Below are positions 1 through 20,900 of a stretch of 64,000 nt of DNA, one piece after another. Positions within the stretch are counted from its first letter, which is position 1. Every line of letters begins with the position of its first letter. The notes beneath the pieces are model-generated. The model did not search any database, was not told the origin of the DNA, and worked only from the letters and a program-made list of their open reading frames with translations. The stretch comes from Lingula anatina (taxonomy: Eukaryota; Animalia; Brachiopoda). Location of the stretch: NCBI GenBank assembly GCA_051362555.1, contig CM120642.1:11656001-11720000 (forward strand). Reading direction: 5' to 3'. The position numbers and the translations under genes were made by a program.

Positions 1-94
1 AACCAACTGAAACGATCGAAAAAACATCACCTCTTGTTCTCAATGTTTAGACAGCATTTTCCAGGGTTGTCCTGTTCTCAAAAGCAAGGGGTGT

Positions 95-125
<31 letters not shown>

Positions 126-337
126 GGGGGGGGGGAGTTAAAGTGTCTGATCAGATAGGATTCCAACAAATGTTGTATTTTCTTTCCTTTTTACACGTAT
201 TTCGAAACGACCTTCGAAGGGAAATTAAAAACAGAAGCTACCAGCTCAACTTCACAGCCTAACAAGATGCATATTATTTCCCTATGTACAAGATGTTACA
301 TATTATACAATGTAACTTGGGGTTCCGAATAAATATC

Positions 338-380
<43 letters not shown>

Positions 381-3001
381 TAACCTACCCAAACATCTGC
401 TGGAAGGCGCGTTTTTCATCTTCAGAGCCTTGCAGTAGTTCACACAGGTTGTGCTGAATGAAGCACTGTGTAAAAAGCTGTTGCCCAAACTCCTTGATAA
501 AGAAGCAGTTGTTGGTGCCTGATTGGTATACAAGAGACAAGCTTCTCATCATGCACTTGTTGAACTGCGTGATCAGCTGGCGGTGCTGTAATGAAAAAGT
601 ACAAAATATATAACAATTAATTATATAATAAATAAATATATATAATACTTCAAAATAATTAAGAACAAAGGATACCTATATATGTGAGGGCACGGAAACT
701 CAAGTCTCACTTTTCAGTAAAATATTTCGACTTCAAATTAATCGCGTATACTTGAATGTAGTGTTCTTTTACTTTCATGCCAGTGGTGAAAAATATTGTT
801 CATTGCCAAAGTTTATCTTGTTGCTGATGCAAAATAAAAAAAAAGTAAACGGGCAAAGAGAAAAAGGAAAAATGGTCGTTAAATATGAGAACAAATAGGA
901 CATTTCAGTAAGTCAATTAGTTAATCATAAAGTGCATTCAAGTGTATCAGAAGTGCATCAAAATGTACCTCGTAACCACCAGCAAAGCGTCCCATTCGTC
1001 TGCAGCTGAACTCGGCGTCCCTGGCGTATTGGAATTTGTCGCAGGTGAATCTTTCTCTGAGGCAGCGATAAAACCGGCAATGCCCGGCTTCGGCTTGACT
1101 TAGGCATGTCGCGTCGACTTCTGAAAACGAAACAAAAACGGAATTTGGTTAGATATAAACGTGATTCTGAATGGTGTCATATTGTATCATCCTTTAATAT
1201 TAAGTGTAAAATTCTCAGTTTAGGCCATCTTACGGGCAGAAGGTAGATGCATGGGGCTCGTTTAGTTTTATGAAGCTTTACGTCCCATAAGAGCCTGCAC
1301 GTTGGCCTTTTACCAGGTCAGAACGGAAACTAAATCGACATGATAGTAAGTGAACCGAGTGAAGTCATCTCTTCAAAGTCGGGAGTCACCTCTTGGCGAC
1401 CTGCCCACCCCGACATGTAGAGAGTATTTCAACTACAAATTGTTTGAATACATTACGATCTCACACACTACTCTGCGCTGCTACTGGAATGTCAAACACT
1501 CCGTGAGGAATGGGTGCGTCAAAATGTCACCGAGCAACACCAATGTCAACCTATGCGGTGGTCGTCGCAGTGAGTCACCGAAGAAGACACTGTTAACATT
1601 ACCTTTGAGTATTCACTCGTTAATCTGGATGTTTCAAATATCTTATTTACGTTACCTTAATGCACTTGCTTTAGGTAGCCCGATAAAATGGGTCGGTGTG
1701 AGTTTTATTGTCAAATATTTCTGTAACAATTTTGAGTCCTCCAATGGTATACTCTTACAGCCAATACTTCTGAAGAATCTTTTTAAGCATCAGTGATTCA
1801 TTAACCTAGATCTTTTCATCACATTTAATTAATAAGTCATTTATGACCCAGTCATCACTCGTAAAGCGTTCACAGGGTTAACAATTAGCAATGAATCATT
1901 TAATGGGTAGTAACCACTGACCGAAAGAATCCAATTTCCTAATATCAGTTTTAATAATTGGATGATTAGGATATTCTTCCGGTGTTTGACAACCACAATA
2001 ATACTATAACGTACGGAAGATACACACTATCCGTGGCAATTTGAGAACATTCAGCTCCTAATAAAAGATCATCACTATTATCAAAGTGCTGTTAACAGGT
2101 ATTTTATCATCCAAGTGCTACATGTATTGTACATAGTCATGATGTACAAATGTATGAACGTCCGAGGGTACGTGAATAAATCATCCCTAAATAAGTTGAT
2201 ACAGTAAAAAAAGGACTGGCACTCAAGAAATCCCCACACCACGGTCGATTGTCTTCAACGGCAATATAAAAATTGGTTCAGAAGTATTTTACTATTTTTT
2301 TCTGAAGGTTATCTTTCATGATTAAATTACGCCCCCGTCTTGTCCATTAACTGCTGTTTTTAATGCCAGTGTTTCCATGCACTCTGCGTGGATTGCTGTT
2401 TTCAGGACTGTAATATTATTTACGGTCGTGTATGTGTATGTTCACACCACCCACGCTATGCATCGTTCAAACACACTGAGGTTCATGTACCATTACGGTA
2501 AAGTGGACATAATAGGCACGGGGTTCACTTCACATTTCATATATCATATATATCAGCTTTTCCAAAAGTAATACCCATTCAGGCTATAGTAATTACTGAA
2601 TCCAGTTTTACGACTACAAATTTCTCATATATATGACATACGAGGCTGGGAAGTATTCCAACACTGAAAAAAGAGCCTCGCATTAAATCTTTGGCACAGT
2701 GTGCAACAGGTCAATGCCCCACGCTTAAAAAAAAAGGGGGGAGGGGCTCATAAAGGACAAGACATAGAAAGAGAACCCCTTAATTCCCTCTCTATTCTCG
2801 TTTTTTTAAGTTTCAGGGAAAATAGAATTAAAAAACTCCACCAATGCCAGCTAACCCAGTCTTACCTTTGGATGGAAGGATATACTTGAATCTTTCATCT
2901 TTCTGTGTTGTGCCTCTTGTGAAAAAGTGATCCTCTGCTGCCGCGCATATTGTGAATACGGCAAGAAATGCAACTGTGGCTAGTTGAAATCCGTTCTGCA
3001 T
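1..3001 (-). CDS. Secreted cysteine-rich stanniocalcin-like protein (3' end outside window)
   Basis: Manual splicing: exon 3001-2866 (MQNGFQLATVAFLAVFTICAAAEDHFF..., signal-peptide-like), 1120-969 (VDATCLSQAEAGHCRFYRCLRERFTCDKFQYARDAEFSCRRMGRFAGGYE), 585-389 (HRQLITQFNKCMMRSLSLVYQSGTNNCFFIKEFGQQLFTQCFIQHNLCELL...), probable next acceptor at 8-7. Introns are GT-AG and the phases of the three full exons join without a stop. Cys spacing x8,x4,x6,x12,x21,x15,x13,x6 resembles vertebrate STC1 (x8,x4,x5,x8,x23,x15,x13,x6). Confidence 0.8.
90..378. repeat. (GT)n plus poly-G tract (90-135) and (GA)n (342-378)
   Basis: Directly visible. Confidence 0.95.
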
Positions 3002-3140
3002 CTTCTGTTTTAAATTTGATTTTTACTTGAACAATAATAATCTAATCCTACACGTGTGCCCTTCTCACTTCTGGTCGTTATCAGAACACCTGCACCGAGT
3101 TGGTCTTAGTGAATGGTTTACTCTAAGCAGCGCAGCCGTC

Positions 3141-3151
3141 ATTTATATATA
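3141..3151 (-). promoter_or_regulatory. Candidate TATA box of the stanniocalcin-like gene
   Basis: Minus strand reads TATATATAAAT about 140 bp upstream of the ATG at 3001. Confidence 0.4.
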
Positions 3152-4543
3152 TCATAGCCCTGGAAGTGGGTCAGGGGAGTATTTCCTCCATATAAGGAAA
3201 CTGTGGGCGGGGCCACATAATGTCTCGGGGGTCGTGTGACAACCTACGTCGGAAGTGTGTTACCCAATCTGCAACTCGTCACTGGGCATGGTTGAACGAT
3301 TATTGCGTTGCGTGAAAGAGTATGGCGTTTAATTGTAATAAGAAAATTGAATTGAAGCTCTTGAAATTGCTTTTTATTTAGACGGAAACTAACCTTTGTT
3401 CTTTTTCCTTATTTATTTTTTCGGTATAAGCAAAGAGAAATCCACGACGTTTTTACGTCATTAATCAAACATAGTATTCAAGACGAGCACCAAAGCACTC
3501 GACGTTTCTATGTGGCGCTCAGACGGCACGAAATTAGACCATTCCGACGAGATCTTCTACAAACAGAGATAGTTTCTTTTTTGTGTTCAATACCTCAACT
3601 AAAACTAAATTTTTAAACGGACAAGTTACAATAACACATGTTAACCAATCTAAATCTTTTAAGGACACTATTGAGTACATGCGTTTGTAGCTCATTGATC
3701 TAACGAAGTAACTTGAGTCATGTGTGCTGGCTATGAAATCAATTATGCGACCACAGACATTAATCGCACGACAGAACTTTACTATTTTTTACTCATCTCT
3801 CGTCATAGTCAAACAAAAATTTTCCACATGGAAGAAAACTACACGTGGAAATTCAATTAAATGGTTCACCCTTTAGAAAAATACAGAGCCACTTCTGCTA
3901 TTGTTGGACAGCTTAGACCAAAAAGAAAAAAATCGTCGTGAGGAGGAATTCGTAGTCAAATCGCATGACACAAAGATTTGTGATAGTTCTCAACGTTTTG
4001 GGAGGGGAGTTTTGAATAAACGAGAGCAGCTTAGGCTAGCACCGCTCCTACTCCACAAACATACGCTTAAGTTGCTCATGGCGCAGTAAAAAGAAAGTTA
4101 AACAATTGATAAAAAAATTATCTATATCCTTATTAATACTCACGTGTTTTTAGGGTTACAAAGTGAAAATACCCGTGTTATGTCACTTATATTGATCTAA
4201 ATGATTTCATTTTATTGAGTTAAGTATACTTCAATATAGATCAATAAATCATGATTCCTTCATTTTTATTGTCCATTTTACGTAAGGGAAGAAAGAAATT
4301 GTCCACATCATAGACGTAATGATGCAACCTTCCAACTGAAGGAACTCGATTGCCCCCTTACATTATAAAGAATACATAGTTGCATTAACCCAGCTTCTCG
4401 GCCACGTTCACTCGTTGTCCTCTTCATAAAGCTTCCCCCACTACAGCTAATAAAAGTACACCAGAAGAAAATCTTCAGTTAAGGCAAACCTTATACAAAC
4501 GTACTGACAATCGTCCCTGAAATGTTGCTATTCGCTGGCTATT

Positions 4544-4545
<2 letters not shown>

Positions 4546-4584
<39 letters not shown>

Positions 4585-4630
4585 CATGTGTGCGTATGTG
4601 TGCATGTGTGTGTGTGTGTGTGTGAGTGTG
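4546..4630. repeat. Interrupted (TG)n microsatellite
   Basis: Directly visible. Confidence 0.95.
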
Positions 4631-6765
4631 AAGTAGGAGGGTTTGAGCATTTGACACTTTAATGTGCAATCTATGAAGTATTCTCGTGCAGTTAAAATGG
4701 TGGCATAGTTTTCATGATGTAGTCAGTAATTCAACAAACCATGGCCCACTAATTTTACTCGGCTGTTAACTGTGCAAAGAGTCCGTTTCGCAGGCACATA
4801 ACTGCATGTAGAACACCGAGGATCTCTAAAACTATCCTAGATCCTACCTCTCATATCCTTTGCGTTTAACTAACAACTATCTAAGGGCCTGTTCGTGCTT
4901 TTACTACGACCACAGCTATATCGCGTGTTCCAGGTTCTTACTATGAGGTTAGTTGGTAAATCCATCCTCACACTATGACTGACCGCTACCGTGTGCACCA
5001 CAGTGACCATATCTGGCCACAGTGACCGACGGTTAGAAAGAAGACTGATTCATCCACTGTCCCGAGCAGGTGCCACGACATCTTTAAAAAGCAATTTCGA
5101 TATTGCCCATCTTTTTACCGTGGGTCAAACAGTGTGTACTGCGTGTGCCTTTTTCTAGGTGTTTCTTTCAATAGAGCGGTCTCTAATTTAAGATTCTGGT
5201 TGCAGTGAGACTTTTTTAATAAGTCAAATGGAAACATAAATAAAATCAATTTAATGCGTGAAGTGCGATTTTTAAATTGTCCCTACTTCCCCCCTTTACC
5301 TCGAAACTGGATCATCTAGAAAAGTAATTTAGGGTGCAGAAGTAACCCGGAATGGAATATTTGTGCAATTTGTAACATTTTTGTTTTACGCTTAAATACC
5401 ACAGCAGTGTGCTAGACCTAAAAAAACTTTCGCGTGAGCAAGTCATGCCCACGAGTTGAATAATGTGAGTGACAGGACCATCTAAGGGAAAACAGTGAGT
5501 TGGCAGCCTTTCCAACATCTTTGACAGAGAGATACATCGGTGGCCTCAATCTCTGCCTTGAGATACAGTTGTAACGGGACACGCCTCCGGAATATTTTAC
5601 CGCACTAACCTAAGCTCTATAAATTTTTATCTTAATAAAACAGTAAAATCCCCATGGTTCCATGGAGGAGGTGCAGTTTTCTAGCTCTCTCTTTAAAGGC
5701 GTCTGTCCAGAAAAAAGCACGGAAATTACAATTGCACTCAATGTTGCAAAATGTACTTCAAGTACATTAAATCGGAACACACGGTTCGCATATTTGTCTG
5801 GATTGAAAAGCAAAAGTACGATACACATGTAGGCCTACTATAATAATTTGCCCGAAATCAGGAACAGGTTCAGAGTCTACGCATAGTTGTAGCTTCAGTC
5901 ATTTGACACACTCCCGTGACTAAGTAAGGTCCAGCAACATTTTCCGAGGTGTATCTCAGAGAGTTGGACATGGTTTTGGTCAGTTATCCGGATGTGATTC
6001 ATTTTTTATTAAGACATTTTAATTATTTGTTATACTGCGTCCATTAGATCGGCTCCTCGAATATTCCTTGTTCCAGATTGCGAGCGTTTTCTAGGAGTGG
6101 ATTGCACGGAAGCCGCCTTGTGACCACTAACGCATTTTATCCAAAGCTGAGGAAGTGATAAATTTTGCTTCCTTGTGTGCACACGAATACATATACGTAT
6201 GGTGTATCATAAACATGAATTATTTGACCTATTATTGATACTCCTCATCAACATCACGTATATTTCCTTCCTGCAATCAGTTAGATTGCCCCATTCGTAC
6301 CAAGTTTGTGAAATATGCCCTCAGACTCGAGAAGAGGTCAGCCGTTGGTTGTTTCTCCGGCCACACAAATTTATTCTCATACATTGCACTTAAACATTTT
6401 ATATCTATGTTTATTTCTATATCCAATCGAATATATCATCTACACATTTACAATATGATTTCCTTATTTACTTTTCACTGAGTGCTTCGTGTCCCATTTT
6501 TGTTTTGCTTTTTTTTACGAAGAAGTAGAACTGATGTACTAAAAATTCCATCCATTACTAAACCAGTTAAGATAGGTTTGCATATTGTTTTAAGTTGCCA
6601 TGGGGATGTATGACAACTTAAAAAGTGGTGCGTCCTGGAATGTTGAAATAAATGCAAGTACTCCATTAAGATGAAAACAAGGCTTTTTAACTGCACTGCT
6701 AAAACAATCCCTCTATCTGCCTTTCACAGCAACTATAATAACATCGTTCTTTGAAGGTCCGATAG

Positions 6766-13862
<7,097 letters not shown>

Positions 13863-16800
13863 GTTGTATCCACTATATCCCAAACTTGGATGGTAAACCT
13901 AAACACCCGTATCGGCCACAAATCAACGTGGCAACCAAGTCACGCCTTCAGAAACAAATATATTATACAAATGGCAAGTTTGAATAATCTAACACAGGCC
14001 TCCATGCATTAATTATACAAATCATAATGCTCAATGAGTAGAAGCTCACATATCGAATATAAAAGACAACTAGATGATATTGTTCTGCTGTTTGCAAAGG
14101 AAACGTTCACAACATTACAAATATGCCTCTTTGACTGACTTGATAGATATCAAGCAAGCTGTTTATTATTTATTACCATGGTTTTCTTCTTGTTCGCGAT
14201 ATATAGTTGACCAACAACAGTCCAAAGCCAGGTTAAATATAATGATTTATTCATTTTCTTCATACATATATTTTGAAAGGATCTAAGCCACGATGATAAG
14301 GCAGAGTTCTTCAGTGTTTTTTGAAAAGTCGTGAAAAATAAGAAGTATTTCTACTGATGCTATTATTATTATTACTGTGAAGTGGCGGGTGTAGACTTTA
14401 TACACGTATACCCATGTGAAACGTACTGTTGATTCCAATAGATTTCCTTAAAAGTCAACATCGAGAAGCTTACACTTTTATCTGACGTTGTTTTAAATGT
14501 CTAGGATATTTCATATTATCAGATTTTTTTGTTATACAAAATTGTGTTTCCTCCTGTCATTAAATGGCGGTTACACTGTTAGAGAAAAATTCAACCTTCT
14601 AATAATTAGAAAATTAAGTTTTTTTCGAGCGAGAGAGAGGGAGAGAGAGGGGGGGGGGGAGAGAGAGAGAGAGAGAGTGTCCTGGAAATGGTTAAACTGT
14701 GTTGCAATATACAGATGTTGCGATCGGTTGTTTTTGTGCTCTTGAATCACAACTAACACAATTGCATTTTTCTCCGTGAAAGAACCCGGTGTCTCTTTTG
14801 TTTTGGGTGATGGCAACTGTGGTCATTCCAAAATAAAAAATATCTAAGGACATATGGAAATTCAAAGTCAAACCAGAAAAATTGCATTTTGTGAAAAATA
14901 AAAAAAAAGAAAACCTCACAAAAATCATATTTTAATTGGAATAAATCCAGCCCTATTGGTTTCTTAACCAGAGCTGTATTTTAGTCCTGCAACACATTCC
15001 GGTATATTTAGGACTAATTAATTGCATTATTTTTCTTGTATGTTGTTCGCGTTTACAGTGCGCAAATTCTAAATTCTTTTTACATTCTATTTGTACAAGT
15101 TCTCTGTCATGTATATCTAGTGCATATGTAGAATAGTCCGTGGTAATGGTGACAGCTACTAGATATTCCCTTCCTCTGAATGACCCAAACCACTACAATT
15201 ACATGACAATAGACAGGTGAGTGAACACTATTTATGCAAACTAATAACTCTCCGACAGTGTTGACTGGGCACAGTATCAGTTCCTAGTGTATTAAGCAAT
15301 AGAGGAATTTAAGACTTATGAATGATCGACTGCATAACCTGTGTCAGCCAAGAACTGAAAAAAAAATGGATTTGACCAGCTAACCTGTAACATCGATGTA
15401 GATTTGCCTTTCTTGTGAAAACGATTTCAACAGCAACTCATCATTAAAATGGCAATACGTCATAACAGTTCTAATTTACATAACAATAAGTTGCTCAGCG
15501 CAGTGCGAGCTGTCATCCTGTCATTTGACAGCGGGACCCAGTATGAGGAGGACACGGGATGGATCTGGTGAATTACAGGGCCAAACATTTCATTCTGTGC
15601 TGAAGCAAATGTGTCTTGTGAGTAACGTTTCCTCTAGTACTGAAAGCGGGGATTTACAGTAACCTAATAGTTATTTACACTTAAGAGAAGCAGACTGTGG
15701 TAACATTCATTACGTAGGATTCGCCGTTTATTTGATGAGATTGCTTGTTTTTAGACTTGTTTGGCTTTATTCGTTTTCTAATAATTTGGACAATTTTTTC
15801 CATTCATCTGAGACTTTACTTTGAGAACGCTTTATAATAATGTAAGTGGTCAGTTCCCTTGTCAGTTTGCCAAGGATTGTCAGTGTTATAGAATGTAGTG
15901 TACAACAGTGACTGAAATTTGGAAGCATAAAAAATTTTGATTCTTACACTTCATACCCTTTTGCATTCGATTTTTTAACTAGGCGTTCAGCTAGCCTCAG
16001 TGCGATTTTCTCAACATGAGCACATGTCTATTTTCAGTTTAATCTTTCTCCAAATTTTATTGTATTGGAATATTGAATTATGTCACTAACGTTATTTTCA
16101 TATTTCAGAATTCCCTTCTTCTTTGCCGAGATACTTCAAAATGCACATGGAACCGACAGATGCTTGCGTAGCCTTCTGCCTGGCGACTACTTGGGAGTGG
16201 GATACATGCACGTACATGTATGCACAGGCAAACCTTGTACGATAAAAATCGTGCATGCTGATACTGCGATTTAAAAAAACAAAACATTAACGGTCTACCA
16301 GTTCAAAATAATTCTGTACGTATAGAATTGGTATACTTAAAATTTCAAAGTATTTGCACAGCTTTCTTTATTAAGTAGATGAATAACTGTATGATATTGG
16401 CGATTATGGTATACATTGTATAAGCCAATTTTTTTCATCATGCGTAAATGCCATCATGAGACACTTGTGATAAATAAACAATTTTGCCTGAATTGTTGCG
16501 ATTTTGGGGGAGTGGGCGGTTTGATCTAAAAGATACAGCTGAAGTAAATGTAACATCGATATGAGATGAATTTTCAGAACCTGTTATCTACCCGATTTAA
16601 AATTATATCATTTGCTTCTTTAGATTAAAACAAAAAAAAAAAAATTCAGATGTTTGTAAATTGTAACAGTTGAAATAAACAAGATGTATCTCTGCACTGA
16701 GTTCTCTTATTGATATACTCTGTCATGAAATATGGACTTAAAAACATTGCTGCTAACTGCTAAATTCCAGATGCTATATATCCGTTCACTTAAAGAAGTT

Positions 16801-17019
16801 TATTTACCCCTCGACCTTTTCTATTCACCGTGGGTCGCGGGAGGGGGGATTTACCATGACGTTTGGATATTAATTTAATCAAGTTTGGCGCAAAATTAAG
16901 TGATTATTTTTGCAAGAAAGAAAATCGTGATTACTGTTTTTTAAAGGCCATTGTAGTATGATTGGAAAGGTTTCATCGGAAAAAGGATGGGTCTATTCAA
17001 TTTTAGGGTTAACGGGATA

Positions 17020-17935
17020 AGTCCATTCCATTTGAGGGATGACAGGTGGGGAGGGTCCATTCCATTCGAGGGGTGTCAGGTGGGAAGGGTCAATTCCATT
17101 CGAGGGGTGACAGGTGGGGAGGGTCCATTCCATTCGAGGGGTGCCAGGTGGGGAGGGTCCATTCCATTCGAGGGGTGACAGGTGGGGAGGGTCCATTCCA
17201 TTCGAGGGGTGACAGGTGGGGAGGGTCCATTGCATTCGAGGGGTGACAGGTGGGGAGGGTCCATTCCATTCCAGGGGTGACAGGTGGAGAGGGTCCATTC
17301 CATTCCAGGGGTGTCAGGTGGGAAGGGTCCATTCCATTCGAGGGGTGTCAGGTGGGAAGGGTCCATTCCATTCGAGGGGTGTCAGGTGGGGAGGGTCCAT
17401 TCCATTCGAGGGGTGACAGGTGGGAAGGGTCCATTCCATTCGAGGGGTGACAGGTGGGAAGGGTCCATTCCATTCGAGGATGTCAGGTGGGAAGAGTCCA
17501 TTCCATACGAGGGGTGACAGGTGGGAAGGGTCCATTCCATTCGAGGGGTGTCAGGTGGGAAGGGTCCATTCCATTCGAGGGGTGTCAGGTGGGGAGGGTC
17601 CATTCCATTAGAGGGGTGACAGGTGGGGAGGGTCCATTCCATTTGAGGGGTGTCAGGTGGGGAGGGTCCATTCCATTTGAGGGGTGACAGGTGGGGAGGG
17701 TCCATTCCATTTGAGGGGTGACAGGTGGGGAGGGTCCATTCCATTTGAGGGGTGTCAGGTGGGGAGGGTCCATTCCATTTGAGGGGTGTCAGGTGGGGAG
17801 GGTCCATTCCATTTGAGGGGTGTCAGGTGGGGAGGGTCCATTCCATTTGAGGGGTGACAGGTGGGGAGGGTCCATTCCATTTGAGGGGTGACAGGCGAGA
17901 AGGGTCCATTCAATTTGAGGGGTGACAGGTGGGGT
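17020..17935. repeat. 34-bp G-rich minisatellite, about 27 copies
   Basis: Consensus GGGTCCATTCCATT(C/T)GAGGGGTG(A/T)CAGGTGGG(G/A)A, head-to-tail with no spacers and degenerate units at both ends. Confidence 0.97.
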
Positions 17936-20900
17936 TAGTCAATTTTGAGCATGACAAGTGGGTTAGTTTATCAATTGTAAAGAGGTGATTACCATTATTT
18001 TGTATCAGTAGGTGTGCGATTCTTTCAAAACACAAACACAATTCATTTGCTATTTTATTTTCAATTCTTTACACGCAAAAGTGATAGCGATTACTGATAA
18101 TGAGAAAGTACAACTTTAGTGTCAATTTTACAGAACATATGAAGCAAAAACAAAACAAAATCAAACAATATCATCTCAAGAATGTGTACATAAAAGCAGT
18201 GAAAATTGTTATAAATGTCATGAAAATATGTAAACAAAGACGTGGAAAGGAGCAAGCAACCAAAGAAATTAATCTTTAAGGCACCATAGGAAATTGTTGA
18301 TTCGAAATGTACTATTCACACGTCTTATAAAGCAGATTAATATAGTTATATTTATACCATAATATATTTATACGCCTCTTCATATATTAAAACTACTATT
18401 ATCATTATCATCATTATTTCATATCAAAATGAAAACAATAAAAAGGTGTTATACAGCTTTAATTCAAATTTAATTAAAAAAGTGCGTGAATAGGCCTTAA
18501 GTCCCCGAATGCGAACAAAGGGATGGGTGGCTTGCAGGCACATGTCGTATCTTGGTGGGTTTCTGAAATGAGAAAAAGTCAAAGATGCCTTTATCAAAAT
18601 GATGATCTGAAATGACAAAATGATGTAACTAAAGACTACCCCGAAATGATTTTTAAAATATTTAAAGAAAAAAATAAGGATAATCATACAGATTCAGTTA
18701 TTACGACTGTAATCACTTGTTTCTCTGGTTAAGTATCCATCCAGAGAACGTCAGCAAAATTTGTGAAACTATTCTTATTTACAAAGTATAATAATAATAA
18801 TAATTAAAATAAGAATAATAACAACAACAATAACAATAATAATAATAATAATTGATTGAGTGAGTGGAAAATATGCTGTATTGTAGCTAATTTTTGGAGC
18901 AGAGCACGTTAATTTAAACGACTGTCAAAAGATCTCATTTACAACTGTTTTGAAAGAATATATTAGATATAAATAAAATTTCGACGACAGTACAATAAAG
19001 TTTAACTGTTTTGTTTAGGCCGAAATGTTTTTATGTAATTATTCGTGTGATGTATAAACAACATTTATTCATTGTGTACTGATATTTCTGTGTATGTGTA
19101 TATACACGTGTTCATTAAAGCACTTATAATTATATTTTACAAAAATTATTTTTGAGAGCTTCTTAATTTCGAAGTGAAAGAAAGAAAAAAAAAAACGATT
19201 CGTTCAAATCTCATCGGAAACAATTATGCTACATTTATATGTTAACTTTCGCCTGCACCGCAGAAACAAAAAAAAAAACAGTGATTTCTTTAAATCGCCC
19301 TACAAATTCCAGTGCTGCTTACAAACATTATGTATAACACATGAAAATTTACCAATACTAATTTAATATAATAGAGAAAAATGAAATCCAATTGAAACAA
19401 AGACACCTCAAACATCAGATCCCTCAAACAAAAAAGAATTAAAATTCTCCTAAAGTTATCGGAATTTTGATAAAAAGTGACATTCAAATTGTTAAAATCT
19501 GGCCACAAAATTTTGCCATGAAATTGATATTTAGGCTGCTGGGGCCCACTTACCATTGGAACAAAAACCTCAAAACTGTAACAAGCACTATTAACTATGT
19601 CATGTCATGTCAAAGTCCTTTGTTGTCAACTTATCTTTTAAAAATTAGTCAATTGTTCAGGATCATACATGTATATACATACAGATTTCTTTCTAAAAAG
19701 ATGCAGAGCTTCAGATTTCAAGTAAAGTTAGATTTCAATCAAAGGTCAGCTGAAAGCATTGTTCCCAATCCCAAGCATTCTAATACTTATCCAAAACTAA
19801 CATTTTGACAGACATATTATAACACAGAAACGTGTGTTAAAGACATCTGCTGTAACTTTTCTTTAACTCTTCTGCGCCTTAAGTTTCATTAAAATGTTGC
19901 TGGACGAAAAGTGATACTTACAACAAGACGTATTTAACAAGGAATTACCTTGCGACCCTGCCTTCCGTCCCCTCACGTCTTCACTTCACGGCATTCAACT
20001 CTCAAGTGACTAGGCCTAGTTTGGAAGACAGCTCGCACTACGATGACCAATCAGTTATTGTTATGCAAATTGATACAGGTAGGGCTCATTTTAGATGAGA
20101 GGTTGTTGCTGACGCTGTTCACGAATGTTGACAGTCTAAATAAATGTAACTGGAGCACGCTTGTTCTTGAAATAAATCACCTTTTTTTTCTTTTTTTTTT
20201 TTAGAAACTTAACTTAAAGATGAGTCTTCATCCATACGCTTTCATATCCCCGTAGTTTACCACTCGCACAAAACTGAACACTACGGGATAGGAGGTGCTA
20301 ATACGTACGAAAATTGGAGTGCGTGCTGATACAATTTTGTACCGATAAGTCCATGTGCTGATACTCCCGTTACCGACATCTACACAATAGAGCCTTTAAA
20401 TTAGAGTGCCTTTGGATCCAAGTAACGGTAGATCCGAAATAAATACCGCCTCAGAAATACCGCACACCTATGAATCCACATACAATAAAATCTACATGCC
20501 TAGTCAAATACCGATAGATTTTTTTTAAGTTGCACTAAAATCTTAGGATCCCAAGGGGTCAAAATGTATAAGTAAGCGCAGCCATAGTGGTGGGCCTGCA
20601 CACACTACGTTTGTCGTCTAAATATTAAAATCACTGAATGTTTGTTCTCGTCTTATCTAATAGTTTGTGCAGGAACATTAGAAAATGTGTACAAGGGATG
20701 ATTTTTTTTTTATGGTTGTAAACAAACACTTTGAAACAAATACTTAATAACAATAATAAATCTAACTGATAAAAATGGCATATTGCCGAACAAGATGGTT
20801 ATCTTCCAAATAAATGGCCACTAACTATATTCCAGCATAAGTTTTATCAGATGTGCATAAAAAAGTAGACAATGTTTCAAAAGGAACGGCTACAATAGAA

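Noticed and set aside
1350-1796. 148-aa plus-strand ORF in intron 1 of the stanniocalcin-like gene
   Set aside because: GTG start, no recognisable domain and no splice structure; probably chance or a decayed repeat.
15150-16274. Possible plus-strand spliced transcript (donor at 15217, acceptor near 16108)
   Set aside because: Isolated splice-like motifs with no coding signal; cannot be supported from sequence alone.
17020-17935. CRISPR-like array, or repetitive proteins from the many ORFs here
   Set aside because: Units are contiguous with no unique spacers and there are no cas genes; the ORFs in several frames are a by-product of a 34-bp repeat with few stop codons.
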